64,000 nt of DNA, from NCBI GenBank assembly GCA_043798915.1, contig JAZDOG010000068.1:498-64497 (forward strand), given 5' to 3'. The notes under the pieces are model-generated. The model made no database searches. It saw only the letters and a list, made by a program, of their open reading frames with translations, and was not told the DNA's origin. The DNA comes from Pseudomonadota bacterium. Lineage in GTDB: Bacteria > UBA10199 > 2-02-FULL-44-16 > JAAZCA01. A program made the position numbers and the translations under genes. Below are positions 18,779-28,597 of the stretch, piece after piece. Every line of letters begins with the position of its first letter. Position 1 is the stretch's first letter.

Positions 18779-20023
18779 ATGGCGATAATCGTCCAAAAAT
18801 ACGGCGGAACCTCTGTGGCCGATGTCGGCCGCATCAAATCTGTCGCCGGCCGCGTGGCCGGCACGATGCGCGGCGGAAAGAAGGTGGCCGTCGTCGTCTC
18901 CGCGATGGCGGGCGAGACCGACAGCCTGATCGCGCTGGCGCGCGAGCTTTCGACCGAGCCGGATCCGCGCGCCGTGGACCTCATGCTTGCCACCGGCGAG
19001 CAGAAGAGCGTGGCGATGCTCTCGCTGGCGCTTCGCGAGCTGGGCATCGAATCGGAGGCGTTTCTGGGGCATGAAGCGGGCTTTGTGACGGATGCAAACC
19101 ACGGCCGCGCGCGGATCTTGAGGGTCGAGCCCTCGCGCGTCATGGCGGCGCTCGACGCGGGCCGCGTCGCGATCGTCGCCGGCTTTCAGGGGGCCACGGA
19201 GGAGGGGGAGATCACGACGATCGGGCGGGGCGGCTCGGACACCTCCGCCGTCGCGCTCGCCGCGGCGCTTGGCGCCGAGCTCTGCGAAATCTACACCGAC
19301 GTCGAGGGGGTCCTGACCGCCGATCCGCGCATCTGCGAGAATGCGCGCATCATACCGCGCATTTCATATGAGGAAATGATGGAGCTCGCAGACGCGGGCG
19401 CCAAGGTGGTGCACAGCCGCGCGGTCGAGGTCGCGGCCAAGTACCGCGTCCCCCTCATGGTCAAATCCTCTTTTCCCTCTCCCCTTGAGGGAGAGGGGGG
19501 CGGAACGAGGATCGTCCCCGATGAGGAAGTGTCAGAGGGCGCCGTCGTCTCGGGCATCACCTGTGTGACGGGCGAGGCCAAGGTCGCGATCCGCCGCGTT
19601 CCCGACAAGCTGGGCGTCACGGCGAAGATATTCGCGCCGATCGCGCGCGCCGGAATCAACGTGGACCTCATCATCCAGAACGTGTCGGCGGACGGCTTCA
19701 CCGACCTTACGTTCACCTGCCCCAAGGAAGACCTGCGGCGCGCGATGACGATCGCGGAGGCCGCGGCCAGGGAAGTCAAGGCGGGCAGGGTGGAGGCGGC
19801 CGGCGACATAGCGAAGATCTCCGCGGTGGGGCTCGGGATGCGCAGCCACGCCGGCGTGGCCCACCGCATGTTCGCGGCGCTCTCCCGCGAGGGAATCGGC
19901 ATCCAGATGATCGGCACATCCGAAATCAAGGTCTCGATAGTCACCGACATCAGGCATGCCGAGCTCGCGGTGCGCGTCCTTCACGATGAATTCGGCCTTG
20001 GCGGCGCCAGCCAGTCAGCATGA
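18779..20023 (+). CDS. lysC: Aspartate kinase (with ACT domains).
   Basis: Sequence shows [10 protein letters not shown], the AK fold, and C-terminal ACT repeats. The track ORF starting at 18701 is an upstream extension into lpdA. Confidence 0.9.
   Translation: MAIIVQKYGGTSVADVGRIKSVAGRVAGTMRGGKKVAVVVSAMAGETDSLIALARELSTEPDPRAVDLMLATGEQKSVAMLSLALRELGIESEAFLGHEAGFVTDANHGRARILRVEPSRVMAALDAGRVAIVAGFQGATEEGEITTIGRGGSDTSAVALAAALGAELCEIYTDVEGVLTADPRICENARIIPRISYEEMMELADAGAKVVHSRAVEVAAKYRVPLMVKSSFPSPLEGEGGGTRIVPDEEVSEGAVVSGITCVTGEAKVAIRRVPDKLGVTAKIFAPIARAGINVDLIIQNVSADGFTDLTFTCPKEDLRRAMTIAEAAAREVKAGRVEAAGDIAKISAVGLGMRSHAGVAHRMFAALSREGIGIQMIGTSEIKVSIVTDIRHAELAVRVLHDEFGLGGASQSA
19475..19498. repeat. 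Miniature perfect hairpin (10-bp stem CCCTCTCCCC/GGGGAGAGGG, TTGA loop) in frame inside lysC.
   Basis: Read directly. It encodes PSPLEGEG between the conserved KSSF and GTRIV of aspartate kinase. Its stem motif matches the arms of the large repeat family. Confidence 0.5.
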
Positions 20024-20146
20024 GATTGGCGGGAAATTTGGCGCTTTTTTTCGGTCATTATCAAAATGGTAATTCGTCTTCAACTGCAGCATGTTAAATA
20101 TATAACAAATTCAAGTCGTTAGACGTGTAGTATTTTTTGTTCCCAT

Positions 20147-20162
20147 TGGCACGGGGCTTGCA
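20147..20162 (+). promoter_or_regulatory. sigma54 (-24/-12) promoter upstream of the giant adhesin gene.
   Basis: The sequence TGGCACggggcTTGCA is an exact fit to the TGGCACG-N4-TTGCA consensus spacing. An AT-rich upstream region (20030-20140) could bend DNA for an enhancer-binding protein. The predicted TSS near 20174 is 30 nt before the ATG. Confidence 0.55.
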
Positions 20163-20203
20163 GATTTCCTTATATCGTAGGGGGACTTCATGTGGAGGAT
20201 CTT

Positions 20204-23200
20204 ATGAAGAAACTGTCAGCAGTGATCTCAGCCATCGTGTTGGGATTCGTGGCCTTCGGGGCAGCGGGCAGCGCGCAGGCCGGCTCGCAGTTTTCGCCTC
20301 CGATACCGATGAGATCCGATGTGGGCTCGCATGGTCAGCTGGCCCAGTCGCCCGACACAAAGGTGGACGCGACGAACTTGAAGTTTTTCGAGCATCCAAA
20401 GTATCCGCATCCTGCGCTGGGCGGCAATTACAGCGTCCCAAGCGTGCTTATAAACGGTACCGTCTATCCGATAAGTGACCTCGTTGCCACGCCAGGCCTT
20501 TTGCCCCCGGACAGCAGAAAGTTTGACATAAAGAGTGAGATGCTGGACGCATACGGTCCCCGTCCGGGAGGGTCCCTGGACCCGCTGCATGGTTTTTGCA
20601 CGGGCCCCGTCGGAAATAATGCTTACGAGGATTGTGAGGTGAAAGGTATTGTTAACCCCGTCGGGGTCTTCAGCAGCGTCGATGTCAGCAGGCAACTTCA
20701 GGTGGCTGATATACGCGACGCCCTGCAAAACGAGATGGGCCTCCTCAAAGAACAGGACCCGCTCATCGAGGCGCTCATCGGCAGCTCACATGAAAGCAAG
20801 CTGCCTTATGATGTTCAGACCTATCCGGCGACGGTGATAACAAAGTCTGGATATCTGGATGGGGTCATCGCATATGGGATCGCCGACTTCGATGCGGGCG
20901 TGGTCACAGCCACCTATGATCCGCTGATGCTGTCGATCTCGATGCAGGATGTAGGCAATATAGTATCGCCTGTAAAAGATATCCTCAACCAGCTATACAT
21001 TTCGCCTCTCGCTTTCTTCCGCAAGGACGCAGTCGCGGGAAGGATGAGGCTGGCGGGGTACTCCGGGATGCTCCTGTTCGATCCAAAACAGCTTCCGGCG
21101 AATCCGCTTGAAGTGATGGAACGCCTCCTGTTGTTGCCATCGTCCAATCCGGTCTCTGTGGCCAGCATGCCTGTAGCTGTGAGTTTTTCCGGTGCTGCAG
21201 GATCGGGCGCCTTCAAAACCATACCGGGTTTTGCCGTCGTCAATCAGGCGACGGTCGTCGATTTGGATATGCCGGTCAAGGTGGCGGGACACTCGTACGC
21301 CGATCCCTCAGACTTTCAGACACACAACTGGGGGGATTATCTCGTCCATCAAAATGGCAGCCCGATCACTTCGGCAGAGATGCCTCACCGATTGTTCTCT
21401 TATGCCTCGTTCTGGGGTCAGGGCAGGAAATGGGGTGGTGGCGATCCGACACAACCGGCGGACATGGACAATTTCAATCCCAATGCGGTTTTCACACCCA
21501 AGGTCTTTGCCATGATAGGCCGCGGCGCGTTCGATGCTGCAATGGCGGTGGACACCAAGAGCGGCACAAAATACTCGCTCGTCGTTCCATCGGGCGAGGT
21601 GGCGGAAAACAACACATTCTACCTTTATAAAGTATTTCCATATCCGACGAGCGCCAATCAGGTCTATATCAGGACAACTGTGGCCGATGCCAATCCAACG
21701 CCAATGGGGATGATCATACCGACTCCATATGAGATCGAAGTGCCCCCTGGATTCGCGCCATACGGCATCGCATCGGCCGATATCGACGGCGACGGCTGCG
21801 CCGACTTCGCCGTCACATTCCGCGGTGCCACGACGGTCGCTTTGAAAACACCGTTCAATAACCAAAAAGGCGAGAACGTCGTCTTTCAAAATCCGGCGGA
21901 CCAGACGACAATGTTCAGCAATTATGTCTACATATATAAAGGAGACCCGAATAAAAACTGCGCCATAAGCCCAGCACCGTCGATAAAACAACTGGTCGGG
22001 CCGAAGGGCGTTCAGATTGCTGCCGTTGCCCTCGCGGATATAGACGGAGATAACAAAGTTGACTTGCTCGTCGGCGACCTGATTCCGCGTCAGATCCCGG
22101 ATGGAAAGGACAAAGATAAATACACCGCATATGCCTATCTGTTCTCTTATATCGACGACCCGAACTCGTTACATGATCCGTTTAGTTATCAATCGATCCG
22201 CGTCGGTTTTAACAATTTTGACAACGCGGTGGGGCCGATTTCTGCCGCCGATCTCCTGGATATCGCGAGAGGTGCGGCCACAGGCAAAACTATAGGCGTG
22301 GCGGCCCTTGCGGTGGACAGGCAACAGGATGGATCGAATATAGGCGCGATCAACGGACTGCCGCTGGCCCTGCCGCCGTTTGGCTGTCCCTCCTTGCCCA
22401 GCAATATTGAAGTGAAGAGCGGCCTGGAAGAACTCATCGGCACCGAGCATTGCGGGACAGTTGTGTTGCCGCGCGTTGCGCGCGGGCAGATCATGCCCGG
22501 GCCCCGGGAGATGACCGTGGTGGTGAAGATGGGTGCCAGTGCCCCACCGGGCCCCATATGGACCATCCAGCAGCCAATCTATCGGAAGGTCTGCCCGGCT
22601 GGCTCTGACTGCACTAGTGATGCAGAGTGTTCGGCAAACAAGCCAGTTGGCGGGCCGTGGGTGTGCGCAAATTGCACGTGTCAGTGCAGTCTCACTCAAG
22701 CGTCCTGTCCGCCAGGTCCAGATGAGGTGCTTGATAAAGACAAATGCATATGCACCATACGACCTCCCTTAAGTGGAGGCGGCAAGTGCAATTACAACGG
22801 CAGCGTCGATCTGCCCGGTGAAAAATGCGACACGGCGGGGCTTCCAAAGGACAAATCGGATGCCCAGCTGGCGCAGAAGTGCACAAACCCGCCGCCCGGC
22901 GGAGTGCCAGATGCGTGCGATATGAAGGATTGCACCTGTTCATACAAGCAGCTGGCTTGTGCCAATCAGCTGCTGCCGCTGGCGCCGGGCAAGTGCCAAG
23001 CCGACGGCGACTGCAATAAGGCTGCCGGCGAGAGATGTCTCGTCGATTGCAGCTGTGGAGTCATCACTCCAGCCGTTCCTCCAAGCGCAGGCGCTCCTGG
23101 CGGCGAGACGGGCACCGCATGGATTCCATCCGAGAGCGATTGCACCGCCCAGGTCTTGAGCTGGACGAGCAACGATGCACACGACAAGATGGAAGCGCTC

Positions 23201-24205
23201 AACGATGCCATAGCCAAGGTAACCCTCAAACCCAATTATCAGCTGCTCGTCGAGAACGAGCAGCGAATCCGAATCATCTGCAAGGTCGGCAACGCCTCCA
23301 TGCCGGGAGCGACGAAACAGAGCCTTTCGCTCTCCGTCATCGGCGATCCTCTCCCTGATTCAGCAGACATGATACGTCCATACGCCTTGGTGCAGACCGG
23401 CGGTTCGGTATTCTTGAATTTCTATGATAAGACCAAAATGGAGTACAATATGGTCAAGCCAGTCGAGACGGCGATCAGGATCATGCCGCTGCCTTCGACC
23501 ACGGCCCAGAAGGGGATCACCGCAGGCAAGGCGGACGTCATCCTGCCGTTGCTGACGGGGGATCTTGCGGCCACGGTCCCGATGACGGATATTGTCTCAG
23601 ACATGCCCGTTGCCGTGTCCAGCGATGCCGAAATGATAAATGATATGATCCGGCATCAGATGGTGGCGCTTGGCACCGGCCAGTCCCTCTCACTCAGCGC
23701 GGATGGCATAACCTTCCAGAAGGCGCAGGCTGTCCCCGTCCAGAGCGACAGTCCGCAGTTCGTCCTCCATATAACCACGGTGTCAGCGCCGGCCGACTGC
23801 GCCTCGTTTGCCGGCGTTGAGGGCTACACAGGCTGTCCCCACATAGAGGAACAGAACCTCAATCTCGAAGCGCTCAAGGCTGCGCTGGCCAGCCGCGTCA
23901 CGTCAGGTCAGGAACCGAATGCGAGCATCTTCTCCGGCCTGCCTTGGGAACCCTACCGCAACAACCAGTTCACGCTCGTCCAGGACGTCTATGCCAAGGC
24001 GAACAGCATCGGGGCACTTGCTCCAATACAGCAGAAGTTCGCCTTCCTCACAGTCAACCCGAACTATGCGGGGCAGGGCGGATGCAAGGGCTGCTTTGTG
24101 AGCGGAGCAGTGGCTGATCTCGATTCCGTCCTGCCGACGCTCATCGCCGTCCTCTTCACCGTCGGAGGGATCGCGGCAGGCAGGGTGAGGCGCGGCAGGA
24201 AGTGA
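20204..24205 (+). CDS. Giant secreted, adhesin-like protein with a signal peptide, FG-GAP repeats, a Cys-rich EGF-like module and a C-terminal sorting tail.
   Basis: The signal peptide reads MKKLSAVISAIVLGFVAFGAAGSAQA. FG-GAP-like DxDGDG motifs occur at ASADIDGDGCADFAV and ALADIDGDNKVDLLVGD. About 40 Cys fall within ~180 aa (CTCQC, CICT, CTCSY). The C-terminus reads GGCKGCFVSGAV...LPTLIAVLFTVGGIAAGRVRRGRK*, resembling MYXO-CTERM or exosortase-type tags. Confidence 0.8.
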   Translation: MKKLSAVISAIVLGFVAFGAAGSAQAGSQFSPPIPMRSDVGSHGQLAQSPDTKVDATNLKFFEHPKYPHPALGGNYSVPSVLINGTVYPISDLVATPGLLPPDSRKFDIKSEMLDAYGPRPGGSLDPLHGFCTGPVGNNAYEDCEVKGIVNPVGVFSSVDVSRQLQVADIRDALQNEMGLLKEQDPLIEALIGSSHESKLPYDVQTYPATVITKSGYLDGVIAYGIADFDAGVVTATYDPLMLSISMQDVGNIVSPVKDILNQLYISPLAFFRKDAVAGRMRLAGYSGMLLFDPKQLPANPLEVMERLLLLPSSNPVSVASMPVAVSFSGAAGSGAFKTIPGFAVVNQATVVDLDMPVKVAGHSYADPSDFQTHNWGDYLVHQNGSPITSAEMPHRLFSYASFWGQGRKWGGGDPTQPADMDNFNPNAVFTPKVFAMIGRGAFDAAMAVDTKSGTKYSLVVPSGEVAENNTFYLYKVFPYPTSANQVYIRTTVADANPTPMGMIIPTPYEIEVPPGFAPYGIASADIDGDGCADFAVTFRGATTVALKTPFNNQKGENVVFQNPADQTTMFSNYVYIYKGDPNKNCAISPAPSIKQLVGPKGVQIAAVALADIDGDNKVDLLVGDLIPRQIPDGKDKDKYTAYAYLFSYIDDPNSLHDPFSYQSIRVGFNNFDNAVGPISAADLLDIARGAATGKTIGVAALAVDRQQDGSNIGAINGLPLALPPFGCPSLPSNIEVKSGLEELIGTEHCGTVVLPRVARGQIMPGPREMTVVVKMGASAPPGPIWTIQQPIYRKVCPAGSDCTSDAECSANKPVGGPWVCANCTCQCSLTQASCPPGPDEVLDKDKCICTIRPPLSGGGKCNYNGSVDLPGEKCDTAGLPKDKSDAQLAQKCTNPPPGGVPDACDMKDCTCSYKQLACANQLLPLAPGKCQADGDCNKAAGERCLVDCSCGVITPAVPPSAGAPGGETGTAWIPSESDCTAQVLSWTSNDAHDKMEALNDAIAKVTLKPNYQLLVENEQRIRIICKVGNASMPGATKQSLSLSVIGDPLPDSADMIRPYALVQTGGSVFLNFYDKTKMEYNMVKPVETAIRIMPLPSTTAQKGITAGKADVILPLLTGDLAATVPMTDIVSDMPVAVSSDAEMINDMIRHQMVALGTGQSLSLSADGITFQKAQAVPVQSDSPQFVLHITTVSAPADCASFAGVEGYTGCPHIEEQNLNLEALKAALASRVTSGQEPNASIFSGLPWEPYRNNQFTLVQDVYAKANSIGALAPIQQKFAFLTVNPNYAGQGGCKGCFVSGAVADLDSVLPTLIAVLFTVGGIAAGRVRRGRK

Positions 24206-24231
24206 CAGGATGCACATCGATGAAGCACCGG

Positions 24232-24263
24232 CGGCCCGGGGCAATTCCCCGGGCCGTTTTTTT
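24232..24263 (+). terminator. Rho-independent terminator after the adhesin gene.
   Basis: Read directly: cggcccgggg-caatt-ccccgggccg followed by TTTTTTT. Confidence 0.7.
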
Positions 24264-24339
24264 CTAATTAGGTGTCTTTAGCCTGAATCTCCATAAAATC
24301 CACCGATATCCAGATGTTCATCACGCGAGGGGGGAGAGG

Positions 24340-25659
24340 ATGAAAATCATCCGGGCTGGGCTGGTGGCGGCAGGTCTTGTCATTGCGGTTCTTTCAGCTG
24401 GCACAGCATATGCGCTGACCCGCAACGCCAGCGTCGTCACCGTAAACCCCACGACCGACGGGGGCAAGTACATCACGATCCATCAGTCGCAGACGCTCCC
24501 GCAGTGGAGCTTCCATACGGGCGGCACCTTCGACTACGCCTATGAACCTCTCGAATATGCCAATTCGTCCGGCAATCGTCGTCGCGGAATTGTGGACGAC
24601 CTGCTGATGATGAACGTCCAGGGAGCCATCGGCTGGACGGACTGGTGGTCGACCGGCATCAACGTCCCGTTCGCCATTTGGGAGACGTTCTATAATCCCA
24701 ACCAGACCGCCGCAGCCGTGCGCAAGCAGACCCACATGGGCAAGATGGGCGACATGAGGCTGGAGATGAAATTCCGCTGTCTCGACATCGAGCGCTATCA
24801 CGTGGGCCTCGCGGTGGTTCCGTACTTTTACTTCCCGACCGGAAAGTCTTCGACCTTCCTCGGCAACGGAATGTGGTCGCCCGGCGGCGATATCGTCTTC
24901 GACGCCGACATCAAGAACCGCGTCTTCCTCTCCTTCAACACGGGCTTCCGATACTTCAAGAGCACGCGCTATGACACCAACAACACGAACGCCGTCCTCG
25001 CGAGCACCATGAAGCTGGGACTCGGCATCAACGTGAGGATCACTGATTCGTGGGCGGGACTTGGCGAGGTGTGGTCGGAGTCGGTCCTCAAGGGCTTCTT
25101 CAAAAACCAGCTCCAGAACCCGGCTGAGTTCCTCGTCGGCGGCCGCTTCACGCCGCAGAGCATGGCGAAGGGCCTGGGCGTAACGCTTGCAGCCGGGCGG
25201 GGTTTGACAAAAGGACCGGGCGACCCTAAATTCCGCGTCCTGGCCGGCGTGAGCTACAGCCGTCTGCACGTGCCGCCGCCGCCGCCGCCGGTCAACGTGG
25301 AGGCCATGGTCGAAGAGAAGATCGTCATCACGCAGAAGATCCACTTCGAGTTCAACAGGTCGATCATCAGGCCGATTTCCTATCCGATCCTCGACGACGT
25401 GGCCGACCTCCTGCTGCGCAATCCGCAGATCAAGAGGATCAGGGTGGAAGGGCACACCGACTGGATCGGCGGCGACGCCTACAACCAGAAGCTCTCTGAA
25501 GGGCGCGCCAGGGCCGTGCGCGACTATCTGATCAAGAAGGGCATAGAGCCCGACAGGCTCGAGGCCGTTGGCTACGGCAAGAGCCGGCCGATCGCGGACA
25601 ACAACACCGTCCAGGGCCGCGCGAGCAACCGCCGCACGGAGTTCACGGTGGTGCAGTGA
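24340..25659 (+). CDS. OmpA-family outer membrane protein (N-terminal barrel-like domain, poly-Pro linker, C-terminal OmpA peptidoglycan-binding domain).
   Basis: Present are a signal peptide, a PPPPPPV linker and the C-terminal OmpA_C motif (...RVEGHTDWIGGDAYNQKLSEGRARAV...NRRTEF). Confidence 0.8.
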   Translation: MKIIRAGLVAAGLVIAVLSAGTAYALTRNASVVTVNPTTDGGKYITIHQSQTLPQWSFHTGGTFDYAYEPLEYANSSGNRRRGIVDDLLMMNVQGAIGWTDWWSTGINVPFAIWETFYNPNQTAAAVRKQTHMGKMGDMRLEMKFRCLDIERYHVGLAVVPYFYFPTGKSSTFLGNGMWSPGGDIVFDADIKNRVFLSFNTGFRYFKSTRYDTNNTNAVLASTMKLGLGINVRITDSWAGLGEVWSESVLKGFFKNQLQNPAEFLVGGRFTPQSMAKGLGVTLAAGRGLTKGPGDPKFRVLAGVSYSRLHVPPPPPPVNVEAMVEEKIVITQKIHFEFNRSIIRPISYPILDDVADLLLRNPQIKRIRVEGHTDWIGGDAYNQKLSEGRARAVRDYLIKKGIEPDRLEAVGYGKSRPIADNNTVQGRASNRRTEFTVVQ

Positions 25660-25690
25660 CGGTTGCATGAGGCCGCAAATGTGCTAGAAG

Positions 25691-25720
25691 AGGGGGAGCG
25701 CACTCGCTCCCCCTTTTTTA
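25691..25720 (+). terminator. Rho-independent terminator after the OmpA-like gene.
   Basis: Read directly: agggggagcg-cact-cgctccccct followed by TTTTTT. Confidence 0.7.
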
Positions 25721-27867
25721 TGAATATGTCACCCGAGCATCAAAATCGTCATCCCCTCGCCACGCCCGTGCAGTATGTCAAGGGCGTGGGGCCCGCTGTC
25801 GCGGCGAAGCTCGCCAGGATGGGGATCATGACCGTCGGCGACCTGCTCGTCGTGACGCCCATCCGCTATATCGACCGCCGCCAGATCCTTCCCATCTCGG
25901 AGCTCACGCCGGGGAAGGACCGGACCGTCGTCGGCGCAGTGGCCAAGTGCGGCATCAGTTTCATGGGGAAGCGAAAGAAGCGCATCTATGAGATCGTCAT
26001 CGACGACGGCACGGGGCATGTCTCAGCGAAATTCTTCAACTTCAGCCAGCGCTACTTCGAGCAGAAGTACCCGGTGGGCGCCCGGCTCATCGCCTCCGGC
26101 GACTTGAGCGAGTTTGGGGTGAGGCTCCAGTTCATCCATCCGGAGATGGAGGTCTTCACCGGTGCGGAGGACGAGGCCGCATCCACCGGCAGGATCGTGC
26201 CGGTCTATCCGCTTACTGAAGGCCTCTATCAGAAGTCGATGCGCAAGATCGTGCGGAACGCCTGGGACGTCTTCAACGCGCACATACACCCGATCTTCCC
26301 GGAGGCCTTTGCAGAGAAACACCATCTCTCCGATCCGTGGCAGTGCCTGCAGGAGATGCATTTTCCGTCTCCTGACCTCGACCCGGAGCTCCTGACGATC
26401 GGCCGCTCCGCCGCGCACCGGACGCTCATCTTCGACGAGTTCTTCTTCCTGGAACTCGGGTTGGCCCTCAGGCGCCGTAACGTCGCGACGAAGCAGGGCA
26501 TCGCGTTTCCGCGCGCGGAGGCGGGACACAATAAATTCGTCGGCTCGCTGCCCTTCATTCTCACCGGCGCGCAGTCGCGCGTGATCGGCGAAATTTTCTC
26601 CGACATGGACCGGCCGCTGCCGATGAACCGGCTGCTCCAGGGGGACGTGGGCTCTGGCAAGACGGTGGTGGCACTGGCTGCGGCGCTCAGGGCGATCGAT
26701 GCGGGCTATCAGGCGGCGCTCATGGCGCCCACGGAGATACTGGCCGAGCAGCACTTCGCCACGATCACGGCGCTCGCCAAGCCGCTCGGCGTCGAGCATC
26801 GCCTCCTCACCTCGTCGGTGAAGGGCACCGAAAGGAAGGATGGCCTCGAGGGAATTGCCAGCGGCGCGGTGAGGCTCGCCGTCGGGACGCACGCGCTGAT
26901 CCAGGAGGGTGTTAACTTCGAAAAGCTCGGGCTCATCGTCGTGGACGAACAGCACCGCTTCGGAGTGATGCAGCGCGCGGCGATCCGCGAGAAGGGCTCG
27001 AGGTCCGGCGATCTCCTCTTCCCCGACGTCCTCATCATGACCGCCACCCCGATCCCGCGCACGCTCGCGATGACGCTCTACGGCGATCTGGACGTGTCGG
27101 TGATAGACGAGCTGCCGAAGGGGAGGCTCCCGATCATCACGAAGCTCTATGAGGAGAACCGCCGCGAAAAGCTCTATGAGGGGATGCTCCACGAGCTGAA
27201 GGCTGGCCGGCAGGTCTACGTGGTCTATCCGCTGATCGAGGAGAGCGAGAAGCTCGACTTGAAAAACGCCACCGACATGTCGAAGGAGCTAGCGCGCGTC
27301 TTCGAGCCGGAGTTCAGCGTCGCGCTCCTCCACGGCAAGATGCGCGGCCACGAAAAAGAGAGAATTATGGGCGAGTTCAAGTCGGGCGCGGTCCACATCC
27401 TCGCCGCGACGTCGGTTGTCGAGGTGGGCGTCGATGTGCCGAACGCATCCGTGATGGTGGTCGAGCACGCCGAGCGTTTCGGGCTTGCGCAGCTGCATCA
27501 GCTCCGGGGCAGGGTGGGGCGGTCGAATCATCAATCATGGTGCATCCTGATGGCGGACTACAGGCGTTCGGAGGATGCGCGGCAGAGATTGAAGGTGATG
27601 ACCGAGACCACCGACGGCTTCAAGATCGCCGAGGAGGACCTGGCGATTCGCGGCCCCGGCGAGTTCCTGGGCACCCGCCAGTCCGGCCTGCCGCCGTTCA
27701 GGATCGCAAACCTTGCAAGGGACGTTGGCATCCTCTCTCAAGCGCGCGAGGCGGCGTTTCGAATGATCGAAGAAGACCCGGTGCTCGAGAACCCGGAACA
27801 CCGCCGTATCAAAGAAGTCCTCCTCACCCGCTGGGCCGGCAAACTCAATTTTGCGGATATAAGTTGA
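25720..27867 (+). CDS. recG: ATP-dependent DNA helicase RecG.
   Basis: Present are the wedge domain, helicase motif I GDVGSGKT and a DEQH box. The track start at 25663 would read through the upstream terminator hairpin, so a start at 25720 or 25726 is more likely. Confidence 0.9.
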   Translation: MNMSPEHQNRHPLATPVQYVKGVGPAVAAKLARMGIMTVGDLLVVTPIRYIDRRQILPISELTPGKDRTVVGAVAKCGISFMGKRKKRIYEIVIDDGTGHVSAKFFNFSQRYFEQKYPVGARLIASGDLSEFGVRLQFIHPEMEVFTGAEDEAASTGRIVPVYPLTEGLYQKSMRKIVRNAWDVFNAHIHPIFPEAFAEKHHLSDPWQCLQEMHFPSPDLDPELLTIGRSAAHRTLIFDEFFFLELGLALRRRNVATKQGIAFPRAEAGHNKFVGSLPFILTGAQSRVIGEIFSDMDRPLPMNRLLQGDVGSGKTVVALAAALRAIDAGYQAALMAPTEILAEQHFATITALAKPLGVEHRLLTSSVKGTERKDGLEGIASGAVRLAVGTHALIQEGVNFEKLGLIVVDEQHRFGVMQRAAIREKGSRSGDLLFPDVLIMTATPIPRTLAMTLYGDLDVSVIDELPKGRLPIITKLYEENRREKLYEGMLHELKAGRQVYVVYPLIEESEKLDLKNATDMSKELARVFEPEFSVALLHGKMRGHEKERIMGEFKSGAVHILAATSVVEVGVDVPNASVMVVEHAERFGLAQLHQLRGRVGRSNHQSWCILMADYRRSEDARQRLKVMTETTDGFKIAEEDLAIRGPGEFLGTRQSGLPPFRIANLARDVGILSQAREAAFRMIEEDPVLENPEHRRIKEVLLTRWAGKLNFADIS

Positions 27868-27885
27868 AGTATCTCTTGAAGCGTC

Positions 27886-28491
27886 CTACTTCTTCATCGC
27901 CTTATCCACACATTCGGCGCGGAATAACCTGTCGTCCACGCGCGTTAGCAGCTTCTTCTGTTTGGGGGTCAGGAGCTGCGTGTGGGGGATGTCGACAAGG
28001 TGCTCGGCGATGAACCGGATCGACTTCTCCGTCGTCATCCAGCTCCGACTGTCGAAGCGCTTCAAATTGACGGGGCGCGAGAAGGTGCGGAGCGTGCGTT
28101 CCAGGCGCATGTTGAAATAGATGTCGAAGTAGCTCATGACGAGCTCTCGCAGCGTGCGGTAGACAGGCTCGCGCCATCGGCAGCCGGCATAGTTGGACTT
28201 GGCGACTGCGCCCCAGTGGCCGGCGACCCGGTACACGGCGATGACGTGGTCGGTGTCCTGATGGGCCTCCATATCGAGGATCAGCGGTGGAAATCCCAGC
28301 GCGCGCATGGCTGCAGCCGCAAAGACCGCCCCTTCGAGGCACTGCGCCGTGCTTTCCTTTAGCACCCTGCGCGGCGACCACGCAGTAAATTTCAAGTGAT
28401 ATGGCATGGCGTCCAGTGCGCGCTGAACCCCGTATGGCGTCTTGAAGCTGCGCAGCTTTTTGAGCTCGGCCGGCGTGAATGATGTTATCAT
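27886..28491 (-). CDS. Hypothetical protein (201 aa) with conserved Cys/His/Asp residues.
   Basis: A clean ORF between convergent recG and divergent lipA. Sequence shows ...AQCLEGAVFAAAAMRALGFPPLILDMEAHQDTDHVIAVY..., a possible papain-like or transglutaminase-like triad. No family was recognised. Confidence 0.5.
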   Translation of the reverse strand: MITSFTPAELKKLRSFKTPYGVQRALDAMPYHLKFTAWSPRRVLKESTAQCLEGAVFAAAAMRALGFPPLILDMEAHQDTDHVIAVYRVAGHWGAVAKSNYAGCRWREPVYRTLRELVMSYFDIYFNMRLERTLRTFSRPVNLKRFDSRSWMTTEKSIRFIAEHLVDIPHTQLLTPKQKKLLTRVDDRLFRAECVDKAMKK

Positions 28492-28597
28492 ATCGATGCC
28501 GGATTATACGGTTCCGCCCGCGAACTGGCAATTCTAAATCCTCATGGAGCCATCTTTAGGCCGTTGACCCTGTGCCTTCCTGTGCTATGCCTATGGC

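Noticed and set aside
20024-20060. Possible terminator after lysC (gcgcc...ggcgc followed by a T7 run).
   Set aside because: The stem is only 5 bp with a ~30-nt loop. The T-run may simply belong to the AT-rich promoter region of the downstream gene.
20024-20146. Looked for IHF or bEBP (TGT-N10-ACA) sites upstream of the sigma54 promoter.
   Set aside because: Only an AT-rich context was seen (TATCAAAATGGTAA), with no convincing consensus match. Reported only as context for the promoter.
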